A DNA stretch of 64,000 nucleotides from Octopus sinensis (Eukaryota): the NCBI RefSeq assembly GCF_006345805.1, contig NC_043020.1, forward strand, positions 25,730,001 through 25,794,000, read 5' to 3'. The position numbers were made by a program, and so were the translations under genes. Positions 53,993-64,000 of the stretch are shown here, one piece after another (the stretch's first letter is position 1; each line of letters begins with the position of its first letter). Below the pieces are notes generated by a model. It did no database searches and was not told the origin of the DNA. It saw nothing but the letters and a program-made list of their open reading frames with translations.

Positions 53993-54654
53993 AAGGAAAT
54001 CCGTTGGGAAAAACAAAACAGAACAGAGGCGGAGCAAAACAAATCGAACTATGCTCCTAAGAGCCCATGGCGAAACTGTTTATCAGTGTATGTTGAGAAC
54101 CCGTGGCTGAAGAATTTCAACGGGTCAGCATCGGTCAATCATGTGGGTGAGGGTGTATAGATGTTCTTAGTGACCGAGAATAAGTTCTGACTATTTAAGG
54201 AATATTGGATGTTTTATAAAGGGGGCGAGAAAAAATCTACTTAGAGACTGTGTGTGTTGTATACTGTTCTATATATGTGTGTGTTGGCGTAGGGGTAGAA
54301 AACATTTTTGTGTACGTGTGTGCGTTTTGATCGTTTCGGCTGGTCAGTGGCTACTGCCGAGAGAACCGTTGGTTGGCGAAAAAAAAAATATATATATTAA
54401 TGTTTTATGTGTGTGTGTGTTCATCTAAGCCCTGCCTTGTCAAGGAAACCCCCCGCTGTGGAAAAAACCAAGCCCCGTTTGTCTTACAGGAGTAATTCCC
54501 CTTGCAGTGGTTAATCGTAGATATCTTAAAGCTATTTCAGAATTTGTTACCAAGGGCTAGGGTGCCGGTATTATTTATAACGCTATTTAAAAGCCCATAA
54601 ATGTAACGCCGCCAATGAGGGCATCGAAAGCCGACTGTAAGAGCCCGTTCACCC

Positions 54655-56505
54655 CTAGTGTGCTAAATAAGGCCCTCTGGCATGCTCACAACAAGGCTGG
54701 CCTCACCAGAGAAGATAGATATCATTTTATTGCCAGGAAATCGTTTATTAAGTTTGATAAAAGTTGTGGATCCGTAAAGATACTCCCAATGAATTTGATG
54801 TGCCTATGGGTAGTTCGGATAGTGCGCGATAGCCGATTTGGTCGGAATATATATTCTCTACGAATTGTCCGACCAATTCCCGGAGATCGCGGGCGGCCTG
54901 TATCGTGACGATTGTCTGTTTTACCTGCAAAAACACCACGAACAGAATAGTGCAAAAACTAAGAGCAGGTTGCTAGTTTTTTAATAGAATGGGCATGAGT
55001 ATTAGTTTTTTTATAATGAACTCACAAGGCTAATTTTCCTAGACGTTACACTTAACCTTAATAGCGACTCATACTGCCCTTACCATAAGCCTTCCACTAA
55101 TTTGAAGTATGTCGTGTCTTCTCAAATCATGCCAAAACCGTAACAGACAATTTGGTTAAAAACATCTCTCTAAGATTGTCTGGCTTGTCCGCCAGTGCCG
55201 ATATTTTATGCAGAAAGCGGAATTTATAACGCCGCACTATCCAAGGCCGTATATAGCAGAAGGTAATTATATTGATCCGGCCCTTCCGATGCCATCATTC
55301 GGTCATCAGGATAGGGCCGATATAATAACATTAACATTTTAAGTAAGGACGGGAGCGCGGCGGATGCCGGGTAGTCGCTCCCGCTTTTATTTAGCGAACA
55401 AAGATAATTATCGGTCCGGCAGGTCTTACACTCCCCAACCCGTTATTCATCCGAGAATCCCCACCCCGAATGCGAGAGCTGGCGTCCCGACCCATCACAC
55501 TGATAGGAATAAGCATATATGGTTTGTTAATCCCCTTTGGTAAGCAGATTAGAACTAACCTCCCCCTCATGTTTAACAGCCATCGCCAATAACCTTCCCC
55601 AGAAATTCCAAATATTACTCCACGGTTAACTCGCATAAAGTTAGGATAGCTTTCTCCAACACTAAAACCTCGCCCAGATAATCGCCTCCCTAATAATAGG
55701 CTACTTACTAAAGACCCTATCACTTTTCCGGAGGCACAGCCTCTTCCGCTCCCGGTTTAATGCTCAGTAGGAATAATTAATAGTAGTAATAATGATATGA
55801 GAGCCAGTACAGTGACACATAATCTCAGCTCCAGCCAGGGAGTACCCACTAGGGTTAGTTTTGTGGTTGACGGTAACAATGGGAGTAGGGTAGTGAGCCC
55901 CAATAGCATCCCCAGCACCATTTCCCGCAATAGCAGCACCACGGGCAGTAGCAATGACAGCACTCTGATAGATAGTGGAGAATCAGGGTTATTCCTATAG
56001 TTAATAGTGACATAGTGGAAAATAGAGTAGTAAGCGGCCTGCAGGTCTCGGAACGAATATAGTGACAGGAACGCAGTTCTAATTTCAGAAACTAATCCTA
56101 GCAGATTAAGATTCACGTCGGCGAACTCCAAGATCAAAAACGCCGTCTACCAATGCAAGGTTTACACGGACTCAGATGTCTTCACTTATGTAGGGGCATC
56201 ATCCTCAAGATTGTCTTTGCGTGTCTCCAAACCATTACGCAACTTTTCGGGACATGAACAAGCGCCAGACCACGGACTCAGTAAGCTAATATGGCGACTG
56301 AAGGATACGAACATAAGCTATAGGCTGGAATGGTCAATTTGTCGGTGGCCCTCCCATTTGATAGGGGCAGAAGACAGTGCAACCTTGTGTCTCCGAACTC
56401 TTCCATATTTTGTTTGCCAGAGGCCGGATGGTAAACGGGCTCTTACAGTCGGCTTTTCGATGCCCCCATTGGCGGCGTTTACACTTATCTGGCTTTTAAT
56501 AGCAT
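54655..56505 (+). pseudogene. PLE reverse transcriptase-GIY-YIG polyprotein, frameshifted, N-terminally truncated
   Basis: With frameshifts: SVLNKAL...ARKSF..FDVPMGSSDSA.IADLVGIYIL...GGLYRDD (54898-54912)...IFLDVTLNL..SYCPYHKP...RNKHIWF.IPF..KVRIAFSNTKNLAQIIAS.NNRLL...NAVYQCKVYTDSDVFTYVG (56139-56195)...LSKLIWRLKD...LEWSI...RCPH. Confidence 0.92.
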
Positions 56506-57092
56506 TTATAAATAATACCGGCACCCATAGCCCTTGGTAACAAATCTGAAATAGCCTTTAAGATATCTACGATTAACCACTGCAAGGGGAATTACTCCTG
56601 TAAGACAAACGGGCCTTGGTTTTTTTCACAGCGGGGGTTTCCCCTTGACAAGGCAGGCTTAGATGAACACACACACACATAAACATAATATATATATATT
56701 TTTTTCTTTCTGCCACCCAACGGTTCTCTCGGCAGTAGCCACTGACAGCCAACTATCAAACGCACACACGTACACAAAAAATGTTTTCTACCCCTACGCC
56801 AACACACACATATATAGAACAGTATACACACACACACGTCTCTAAGTAGATTTTTTCTCGCCCCTTATAAAACATCCAATATTCCTTAAATAGTCAGAAC
56901 TTTATTCTCGGTCACTAATAACATCTATACACCCTCACCCACATGATTGACCGATGCCTGACCCGTTGAATTCTTCAGCCACGGTTCTCAACATACACTG
57001 ATAAACAGTTTCGCCATGGGCTCTTAGGAGCATAGTTCGATTTGTTTTTGCTCCGCCTCTGTTCTGTTTTTGTTTTTCCAACGGATTTCCTT

Positions 57093-57179
57093 TTTTCTTC
57101 CTGAAGAGAAGACACAATATGGTCCTTATTCAATCGGATTTTGGTAATTTGTGCCTTTCGAAACACGTGTAGAATGAAA
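57093..57179 (+). ncRNA. Type I hammerhead ribozyme motif in right pLTR
   Basis: ttcttc CTGAAGA (57101-57107), stem II gaag.cacaa/ttgtg.ctttc, GAAA (57160-57163), C-acgt-G, TA, gaatgaaa; palindromic stem III loop typical of minimal PLE hammerheads; predicted cleavage after A57171. Confidence 0.75.
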
Positions 57180-57330
57180 TAAAACGATTTCTGTTCAATC
57201 TGCGTTCAACTCCATTTCTTCAATTCACCAATAAGTATATATATATATACTTTATAAATATATATATATATATATACTTTATAAATTTATATATATATTA
57301 CTTTAAAATAAATATATATATCTTTAATAT

Positions 57331-57362
<32 letters not shown>

Positions 57363-57365
57363 ATA

Positions 57366-57403
<38 letters not shown>

Positions 57404-57413
57404 TTTATAATAA

Positions 57414-57819
57414 GGTTCAGCAACGATTTGCTTCACCACATACCGAAGTTTAGAAATAGCAGTCAAAAAATCTTAGCTATTCCTTTTCAAAGTAGATGGT
57501 TCAGCAACGATTTGCTCTAGCACATACCGAAGTTTAGAAATAGCAGTCAAAACATCTTAGCTATTCCTTCTACTTTGAAAAGGAATAGCTAAGATTTTTT
57601 GACTGCTATTTCTAAACTTCGGTATGTGGTGAAGCAAATCGTTGCTGAACCATCTACTTTGAAAAGGAATAGCTAAGATTTTTTGACTGCTATTTCTAAA
57701 CTTCGGTATGTGGTGAAGCAAATCGTTGCTGAACCATCTACTTTGAAAATGAATAGCTAAGATTTTTTGACTGCTATTTCTAAACTTCGGTATGTGGTGA
57801 AGCATATCGTTGCTGAACC
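57414..57819. repeat. 84-bp unit array: ~1.9 forward units then 3 inverted units
   Basis: Units start 57414 and 57498; inversion at 57570-57579; inverted units end at about 57651, 57735 and 57819; near-identical copies. Confidence 0.93.
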
Positions 57820-57928
57820 CTATCTATAAAGTATTACTTAAGCTTACCATGATATGGTCTTTTTCATACCGAATTCTGCTTGGTGAAATTTCTGATTACT
57901 TTTTAATTAATTAATTTTACCCTTTTAT

Positions 57929-57980
<52 letters not shown>

Positions 57981-58324
57981 CACTGCCTAGTATCAGAACT
58001 AAGCTTACAATGAATAAGTCCTAGGGTCGATTTCTTCGACTAAAGGCGGTGCTCCAGCATGGCTGCCGTCAAATGACTAAAACAAGTAAAATAATAAGAC
58101 AATAATAGAATATATCCATACACTCAGGTGTGGTGGTATGGTAAGACATTTGCTTCCAAGCCACATGGTTCTAGTTTCAGTACCCTGCAAAGAATCTTAA
58201 GTAATTTTTCCAAGTGTTGACCAAAACTTCGTGAGTGAACTTTTGACGAAAACCAAAAGAAGCCCAACGTATACACACACACACACGCACGCACTCACAC
58301 ACACACACACCAACACACACTATA

Positions 58325-58379
<55 letters not shown>

Positions 58380-58394
58380 GAAGAGAGAGAGAGA

Positions 58395-58563
58395 TAAGAG
58401 AGATTGATATAAATACGGCGAACTTTCATTTTCTACTAAATCCACTAAGAAGGCTTTGTTCAGCTCGGGGTTGTCGTCGAACACATTGATCAAGTTGCCA
58501 TGCAGTGGGACTGAACCCGGGACCATAAGGTTAAGAAGCAAACTCTTACCACATAGCCACGCC

Positions 58564-58565
<2 letters not shown>
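58395..58565 (-). mobile_element. Family A SINE head half
   Basis: aaatccactaagaaggctttg...ttgccatgcagtgggactgaacccggg...cttaccacatagccacgcc. Confidence 0.8.
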
Positions 58566-58601
<36 letters not shown>

Positions 58602-58733
58602 ATATATTATATATATATATATGGTCGTATGTATGTATGTATGTATGTATGTATGTATGTATGTATATATATATATATATTCTATAAATTTGTGTGTGTG
58701 TAAGTATGTATTTAAGTAGGATTAAATGTCGGG

Positions 58734-58783
<50 letters not shown>

Positions 58784-59149
58784 CATACATACATACATAC
58801 ATACATACATACATACATACATACATACATACATACGACAATACATACATACATAGATACATACACACAGACAGACGGATGGGCACGCATTTAAATATTC
58901 AGATATAAACACACTGTGCCTCACACGGAAGCGCAGGCACATTCGCACACACTGACACATACTCACAGCCATACATCTGCAGACTCATTGCGAGGCACGT
59001 CCATGCAGACACACGTTTATACACCGTTGCGTTGAGCTAATTGTTAAATATCTCCGGAGGCCATTGTGTATCTATTTATTACAATTTAACTAGGAAACTT
59101 AACACCTGAGCAACGTTAACATTGAAGAAATTAAGAGAAATAATAAATA

Positions 59150-60290
59150 ATAGCGGTTTGTAATAGAAGAGGGCATGGAAATTGGAGGAAGAGGACAAGA
59201 GAGAGAGAGAAGAGAGAGAGAGAGGGGGAGAGTTAGATTGAAAGAGAATAGGAAAGAGAGTGATAGGGAGTAGAGGGAATAAGGGAGGGAGGGAGAGAGG
59301 GAGAGAGGGAGAGAGGAAAGAAGCGGATGTTGTGAGATGCTCTTAAATGTTTGTTTCATAAATAAAGATGGCTTCTGAATGAGGTGTGTGACATTTAAAG
59401 AATGTAATGAATAGCTAGAGAGATACAGAGAGTGATAAAGAGAGAGAGGGGGAGGAGGGGGAGGAGGAGGAAGGGTAGGAGGAGAGAGACATACAGGAGG
59501 AGAAAGTGCGGGGAGAGAGAAAGTGGGTGAGGAAAATAAGGAATTAGGGGAACAGGATATTTAAGTTAGAGAAGGAGGAGAGAGATGATGACGGTGATGA
59601 TGAGAAGGAGAGAAGTTAAGACAGAGAGAGAGAGAGAGGGAGAGAGAAAGAGGGGGAGAGAAAGAGGTAGAGAGAGAGGGAGAGAGAGGGCTGGAAAGAT
59701 GCGAGGGGCAGACTAGTTAATTCAAATAAGAAAGGGAAATGATGTTGATAATGATTATAATGATGATGATGATGAGCAGAAGAGTTAAGGTAGAAAGAGA
59801 GAGCGAGAGGGAGGAGGGAGATGTGGTGAGCAGAGAAGTCAAAGAAAAGAGATGGTGATGACGATAGTGATGTTCATGATGATTATGATGATGAGGGGGA
59901 GGAGGAGGAGGGAGACAGAATTTACGACCGAAAAGGTGAGAGATAAAAAGGGAAATATGTGATAAGCAGAAAAGTTAAGTCATTGAACAAAGTAAAGAGA
60001 AGGGAGATGATGGCAATAATGATGTTGAGGAGAGATAGACAGATACAGATGCTAAGAGAGATAGACAGATAGATAGACATATAGATAGATAGATAAATAA
60101 ATAGATAGAGTGAGAGAGCTATAGACAGACAGATAAACAGACATACTGTCATACAGACAGACATGTAGACAGAATTTAACAAATAGCGAGAGAGAGAGTG
60201 AGAGAGAGCAGAGTAAAGTAAAGGAAAGAAAGAGAAAATGATAATAGGAAAAGGAGAGTTAGAGAGAGAGAGAATGAGAGAGATGGAAGT
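59150..60290. repeat. GA-rich polypurine/low-complexity region with (GAT), (GATA), (GACA) patches
   Basis: Direct inspection. Confidence 0.88.
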
Positions 60291-60524
60291 TAATGAGAAC
60301 TCAAAGCAACATACAAAATACCAGGTTTATACATCGATGTTCTGACCTGTTGCTTTATTCGCCTCATGAGATTTCTTACTTCTTGTAATATTTGTTCCAA
60401 TGTATCAGCCTAAGCTGTATACACAATATTTTCATAGGCCACGGTGCCTCCTGTGGCAACGAGGTCTCGCATGGACTGTAGGGAGATTTTTTAGAATTGT
60501 TTTTGTTTTTTGAAGAAATAAATA

Positions 60525-61285
60525 GTACGTAGGAGTGGCTGTGTGGTAGGTAGCTTGCTTATCAGCCACATGGTTCCGGGTTCAGTCCCACTGCGTGGAA
60601 CCTTGAGCAAGTGTCTTCTACTATAGCCTCGGCCCAACCAAAGCCTTGTGAGTGGATTTGGTAGACGGAAACTGAAAGAAGCCCGTCGTACATATATATA
60701 CATAGGCGCAGGAGTGGCTGTGTGGTATATAGCTTGCTTATCAGCCACGTGGTTCCGGGTTCAGTCCCACTGCGTGGCACCTTCAGCAAGTGTCTTCTAC
60801 TATAGCCTCGGGTCGACCAAAGCCTTGTGAGTGGATTTGGTAGACGGAAACTGAAAGAAGCCCGTCGTACATATATATACATAGGCGCAGGAGTGGCTGT
60901 GTGGTATGTAGCTTGCTTATCAGCCACATGGTTCCGGGTTCAGTCCCACTGCGTGGCACCTTCAGCAAGTGTCTTCTACTATAGCCTCGGGCCGACCAAA
61001 GCCTTGTGAGTGGATTTGGTAGACGGAAACTGAAAAGAAGCTCGTCGTATATATACATGTATATCTTTATATGTGTGTTTGTGTGTGTGTTTGTGTCTGT
61101 TTGTCCCCCCAACATCGCTTGACAACCGATGCTGGTGTATTTAGGTCCCCGTGATCTAGCGGTTCGGCAAAAGATAGCGATAGAATAAGTACTAGGCTTA
61201 CAAAGAATAAGTCCTGGGGTCGATTTGCTCGACTAAAGGCGGTGCTCCAGCATGGCCGCAGTCAAATGACTGAAACAAGTAAAAT
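60525..61285 (+). mobile_element. Family A (CORE) SINE with triplicated 179-bp head half followed by one tail
   Basis: aggagtggct at 60531, 60710 and 60889 (period 179); single tail to aaatgactgaaacaagtaaaa at ~61285. Confidence 0.93.
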
Positions 61286-61730
61286 TTTTTTTTTTTGTTC
61301 ATTAAATACTGTAGATAACGTTCCTTGTAGAATGCTATGTTCACAACTGTCCCGAACCTATTCATCATATTCTGGGTCCAGTAGTTCCATTCTTTTTTGA
61401 TTTATCCAATATTCACATCTCTTAATGTTAAACAGAAATTATCATATCATGCGCGCCACCGATATCATACTGAATTCGTCTCCTGGCAATTCACGTGACA
61501 AATAAAAAATCTACTTTATTTGATGTATCTCTCTATTAATCTATTAATCACAATTTTTCATTTATTTTGTGGTTGAAGTATTGTAGATATACCTATGATA
61601 TTCTTTTCTACTCTAGGCACAAGGCCCGAAATTTTTTGGAAGCGGGCCAGTCGATTAGAACGACCCCAGTACGCAGCTGGTACTTAATTTATTGACCACG
61701 AAAGGATGAAAGGCAAAGTTGACCTCGGTT

Positions 61731-62331
61731 AAGGCGGCGAGCTGGCAGAAACGTTAGCACGCCGAGCGAAATGCTAAGCGTTATTTCGTCTGTCTCTACA
61801 TTCTGAGTTCAAATTCCGCCGAGGTCGACTTTGCCATTCATCCTTTCGGGGTCGATAAATTAAGTACTAGTTACGCACTGTGGTCGATATAATCGACTTA
61901 ATCTGTTTGTCTGTCCTTGTTTGTCCTCTCTGTGTTTAGCCCCTTGTGGGTAGTAAAGAAATAGGTATTTCGTTTGCCGCTATGTTCTGAGTTCAAATTC
62001 TGCCGAGGTCGACTTTGCCTTTCATCCTTTCGGGGTCGATAAATTAAGTACCAGTTACGCACTGGGGTAGATAGAATCGACTTATTGCGTTTGTTTGTCC
62101 TTGTCTGTCCTCTCTGTGTTTAGCCCCTTGTGCGTAGTAAAGAAATATGTATTTCGTCTGCTGTTACGTTCGGAGTTCAAATTCTGCCGAGGTCGACTTT
62201 GCCTTTTATCCTTTCGGAGTCGATTAAATAAGTACCAGTTACGCACTGGAATCGATAGAATCGACTTAATCCGTTTGTCTGTCCTTGTTTGTCCTCTCTG
62301 TGTTTAGCCCCTTGTGGATAGTAAAGAAATA
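61731..62331 (+). mobile_element. Family B SINE trimer (head + three 184-bp bodies), preceded by an inverted fragment 61610-61730
   Basis: Body restarts at 61964 (ggtatttcg) and 62148 (tgtatttcg); ends aaagaaata|ggtaat at 62331. Confidence 0.92.
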
Positions 62332-62854
62332 GGTAATAAGCAACGAGATCGTACTCTATATGAAAATTTCAAAATTAAGCGGGAAATTCCAAGGACAACC
62401 AAACTACGAGAATATTTGCTTCGTGTGTGATTCTGACTGATAAAAATAATTCTGCAATACAGCAATCAATTATATTATGACGACATTTTATTCATGGAAG
62501 AAACGTAAGACAAGACGTGGGTGTATATAGTTACAAGTATTTCTATTATCTAGTACAAATATCACTATTTATGGCTAATTTTAGGCAATTCACTCAATTT
62601 TCATCATTAGGACCTCGTTAATTTTCAGTATTAAATGAAGCAATCTAAAATTGTATTTGTATTTTTGTCAGATTTTTTATTATTCCGTTGTGTTTTTTTT
62701 GTTTTTTTATACAACTAACGATAATGAAGAGAATAATTTAGAAGTAGTACAGCATAATATAACACAATGAAGTAATATAATGGATTAATTTTAAATTTCA
62801 TTTTTGGAGTATTACAGTCCAAATTGAAAATGTTCAAAAACTATATTAAAAAAA

Positions 62855-62862
62855 GGATAATA

Positions 62863-62903
<41 letters not shown>

Positions 62904-63200
62904 TAATAATAATAATAATGATAGTAATAATAATAATAATGATAGTAATAATAATGATGATGATGATGATAATAAATAATAATAATAATAGTAATAATAA
63001 TAATGATAATAATAATAATAACAGTAATGATGATAATAATAATAAATAATAATAATATTAATAATGTTGATAATAATATAATAATAATAGTAATAATAAT
63101 AATAATAATAATAATATAATATAATAATAATAATTAATAATAATAATAATAATTAATAATATAATAATAAATAATAATAATAATGATAATGATAATAATA
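62855..63200. repeat. (AAT)n microsatellite, degenerate
   Basis: Direct inspection. Confidence 0.93.
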
Positions 63201-63799
63201 ATAAATATATGAAAAGATAGTTGAACAAAAAAACACGTGTGTAAAATTCTTAAAATTGAAAATAGAATTAGAAAAATCTTGTAAAATGAATAAAAATGTT
63301 CAACTTAGCTTAATTAGAAAATTAGATGACAATTCAGGCAGAAAACAAATTAAAATAGTTTGTTTCGTTCTGTCTAGGGACAAATGTTCGGATTTTTATA
63401 CGCCGAGAATTAATTTCACACTGTTCACGACCTCTGTCCCCCCCCTTTGGAAAGGCATAAATATCACAAATTCCCCTGTTGTTCGGCATCTAAAATTATT
63501 CTGTCCTAGAATGGATGGAGGAACCGACAGAGCTGCCAACCAAATGCTTGGTGTATTTTAACCCCCAGGTCAGCAGATTCGATCTGTAATCCAAAGCTAT
63601 GACGCTTATGTGACAGTTGTGGTGGTGGTCATATGAGGGGTCGGGTTCGGCGTTCTGTTAGCAAAGACATTAGACTTTTCGAGTAGAATACATTGCAATA
63701 ATTTTCCCCACCGTTGCTTTCTGAGTTCAAATCCCATCGACGTCAAGTTTTCTTATTATTATTTCGTTGATTTGTCTCTTTTAGTTCTCTTTCTCGTGA

Positions 63800-64000
63800 A
63801 AGTGTAGGGCTTAGTGGGTAGGGTATAGAAGTCACGATCGAGAGTTCGATTCCCAACAGCATTGTGTGACATTGAGCTCCAGTCAACTCAGCCCGTAAAA
63901 ATGAGTAGTGTCTATAATTCGAACGGTCAGCCTTTTCACATTCTGTGTGACGCTGAATCACTCTGAGAACAACATTAAGGGTACGTGTGTCTTTGGAGTA
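63800..64000 (+). mobile_element. tRNA-derived SINE-like element of a fourth type, runs off the window end
   Basis: A-box-like gggcttagtgggtagg, B-box gagttcgattccc at ~63842, then ccagtcaactcagcccgtaaaaatgagta (conserved-domain-like). Confidence 0.55.

Larger units (their letters stand above)
53850..57234 (+). mobile_element. Penelope-like element (PLE), 5'-truncated, with inverted pseudo-LTRs
   Basis: 53850-54653 is the reverse complement of 56430-57234 (~805 bp, mostly indel differences); the core between encodes PLE RT and GIY-YIG; the repeat contains the ORF 3' end, UTR and a hammerhead core. Confidence 0.92.

Noticed and set aside
53850-57234. Inverted arms as DNA-transposon TIRs or a read fold-back artefact
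   Set aside because: The arms contain the ORF 3' end and a hammerhead, and the 1.8-kb core is non-palindromic RT/GIY-YIG sequence, which fits a PLE inverted pLTR.
57414-57819. 84-bp array as a CRISPR array
   Set aside because: Units are contiguous with no unique spacers, change orientation, derive from an interspersed repeat, and there are no cas genes; eukaryotic context.
60525-61070. 179-bp repeats as CRISPR or tRNA gene cluster
   Set aside because: Units are SINE heads plus CORE region with no unique spacers and no complete cloverleaf.

Overview
AT-rich, repeat-dominated eukaryotic DNA, most likely an octopod cephalopod. This is inferred from the extreme (TA)n/(ATCT)n/(AAT)n/(CAT)n microsatellite load and from abundant tRNA-derived CORE-domain and Nin/Deu-domain SINEs resembling Octopus OK/OR families. 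No host protein-coding gene is recognisable, and almost all ORF-track ORFs are microsatellite artefacts. Recognisable content: (1) a 5'-truncated Penelope-like retroelement (RT + GIY-YIG, frameshifted) flanked by ~805-bp inverted pseudo-LTRs, each with a type I hammerhead ribozyme core (53.85-57.23 kb); (2) two different R4/Dong-type REL-endonuclease LINEs stacked in one (AAT)n tract (39.9-42.5 kb); (3) a TSD-flanked 499-bp internally deleted RTE derivative keeping both its 5' UTR and 3' end (18.6-19.1 kb); (4) mariner remnants, one interrupted by a SINE dimer with an 8-bp TSD; (5) two non-autonomous Helitron copies; (6) two hairpin MITE-like elements; (7) an 84-bp tandem-plus-foldback array; (8) more than 30 SINE copies, several as head+[body]n multimers; (9) scattered minimal hammerhead-like cores, two with a U3-A8 core swap. 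All calls come from reading motifs by eye; no database searches or folding programs were run, and coordinates of degenerate repeats are approximate.
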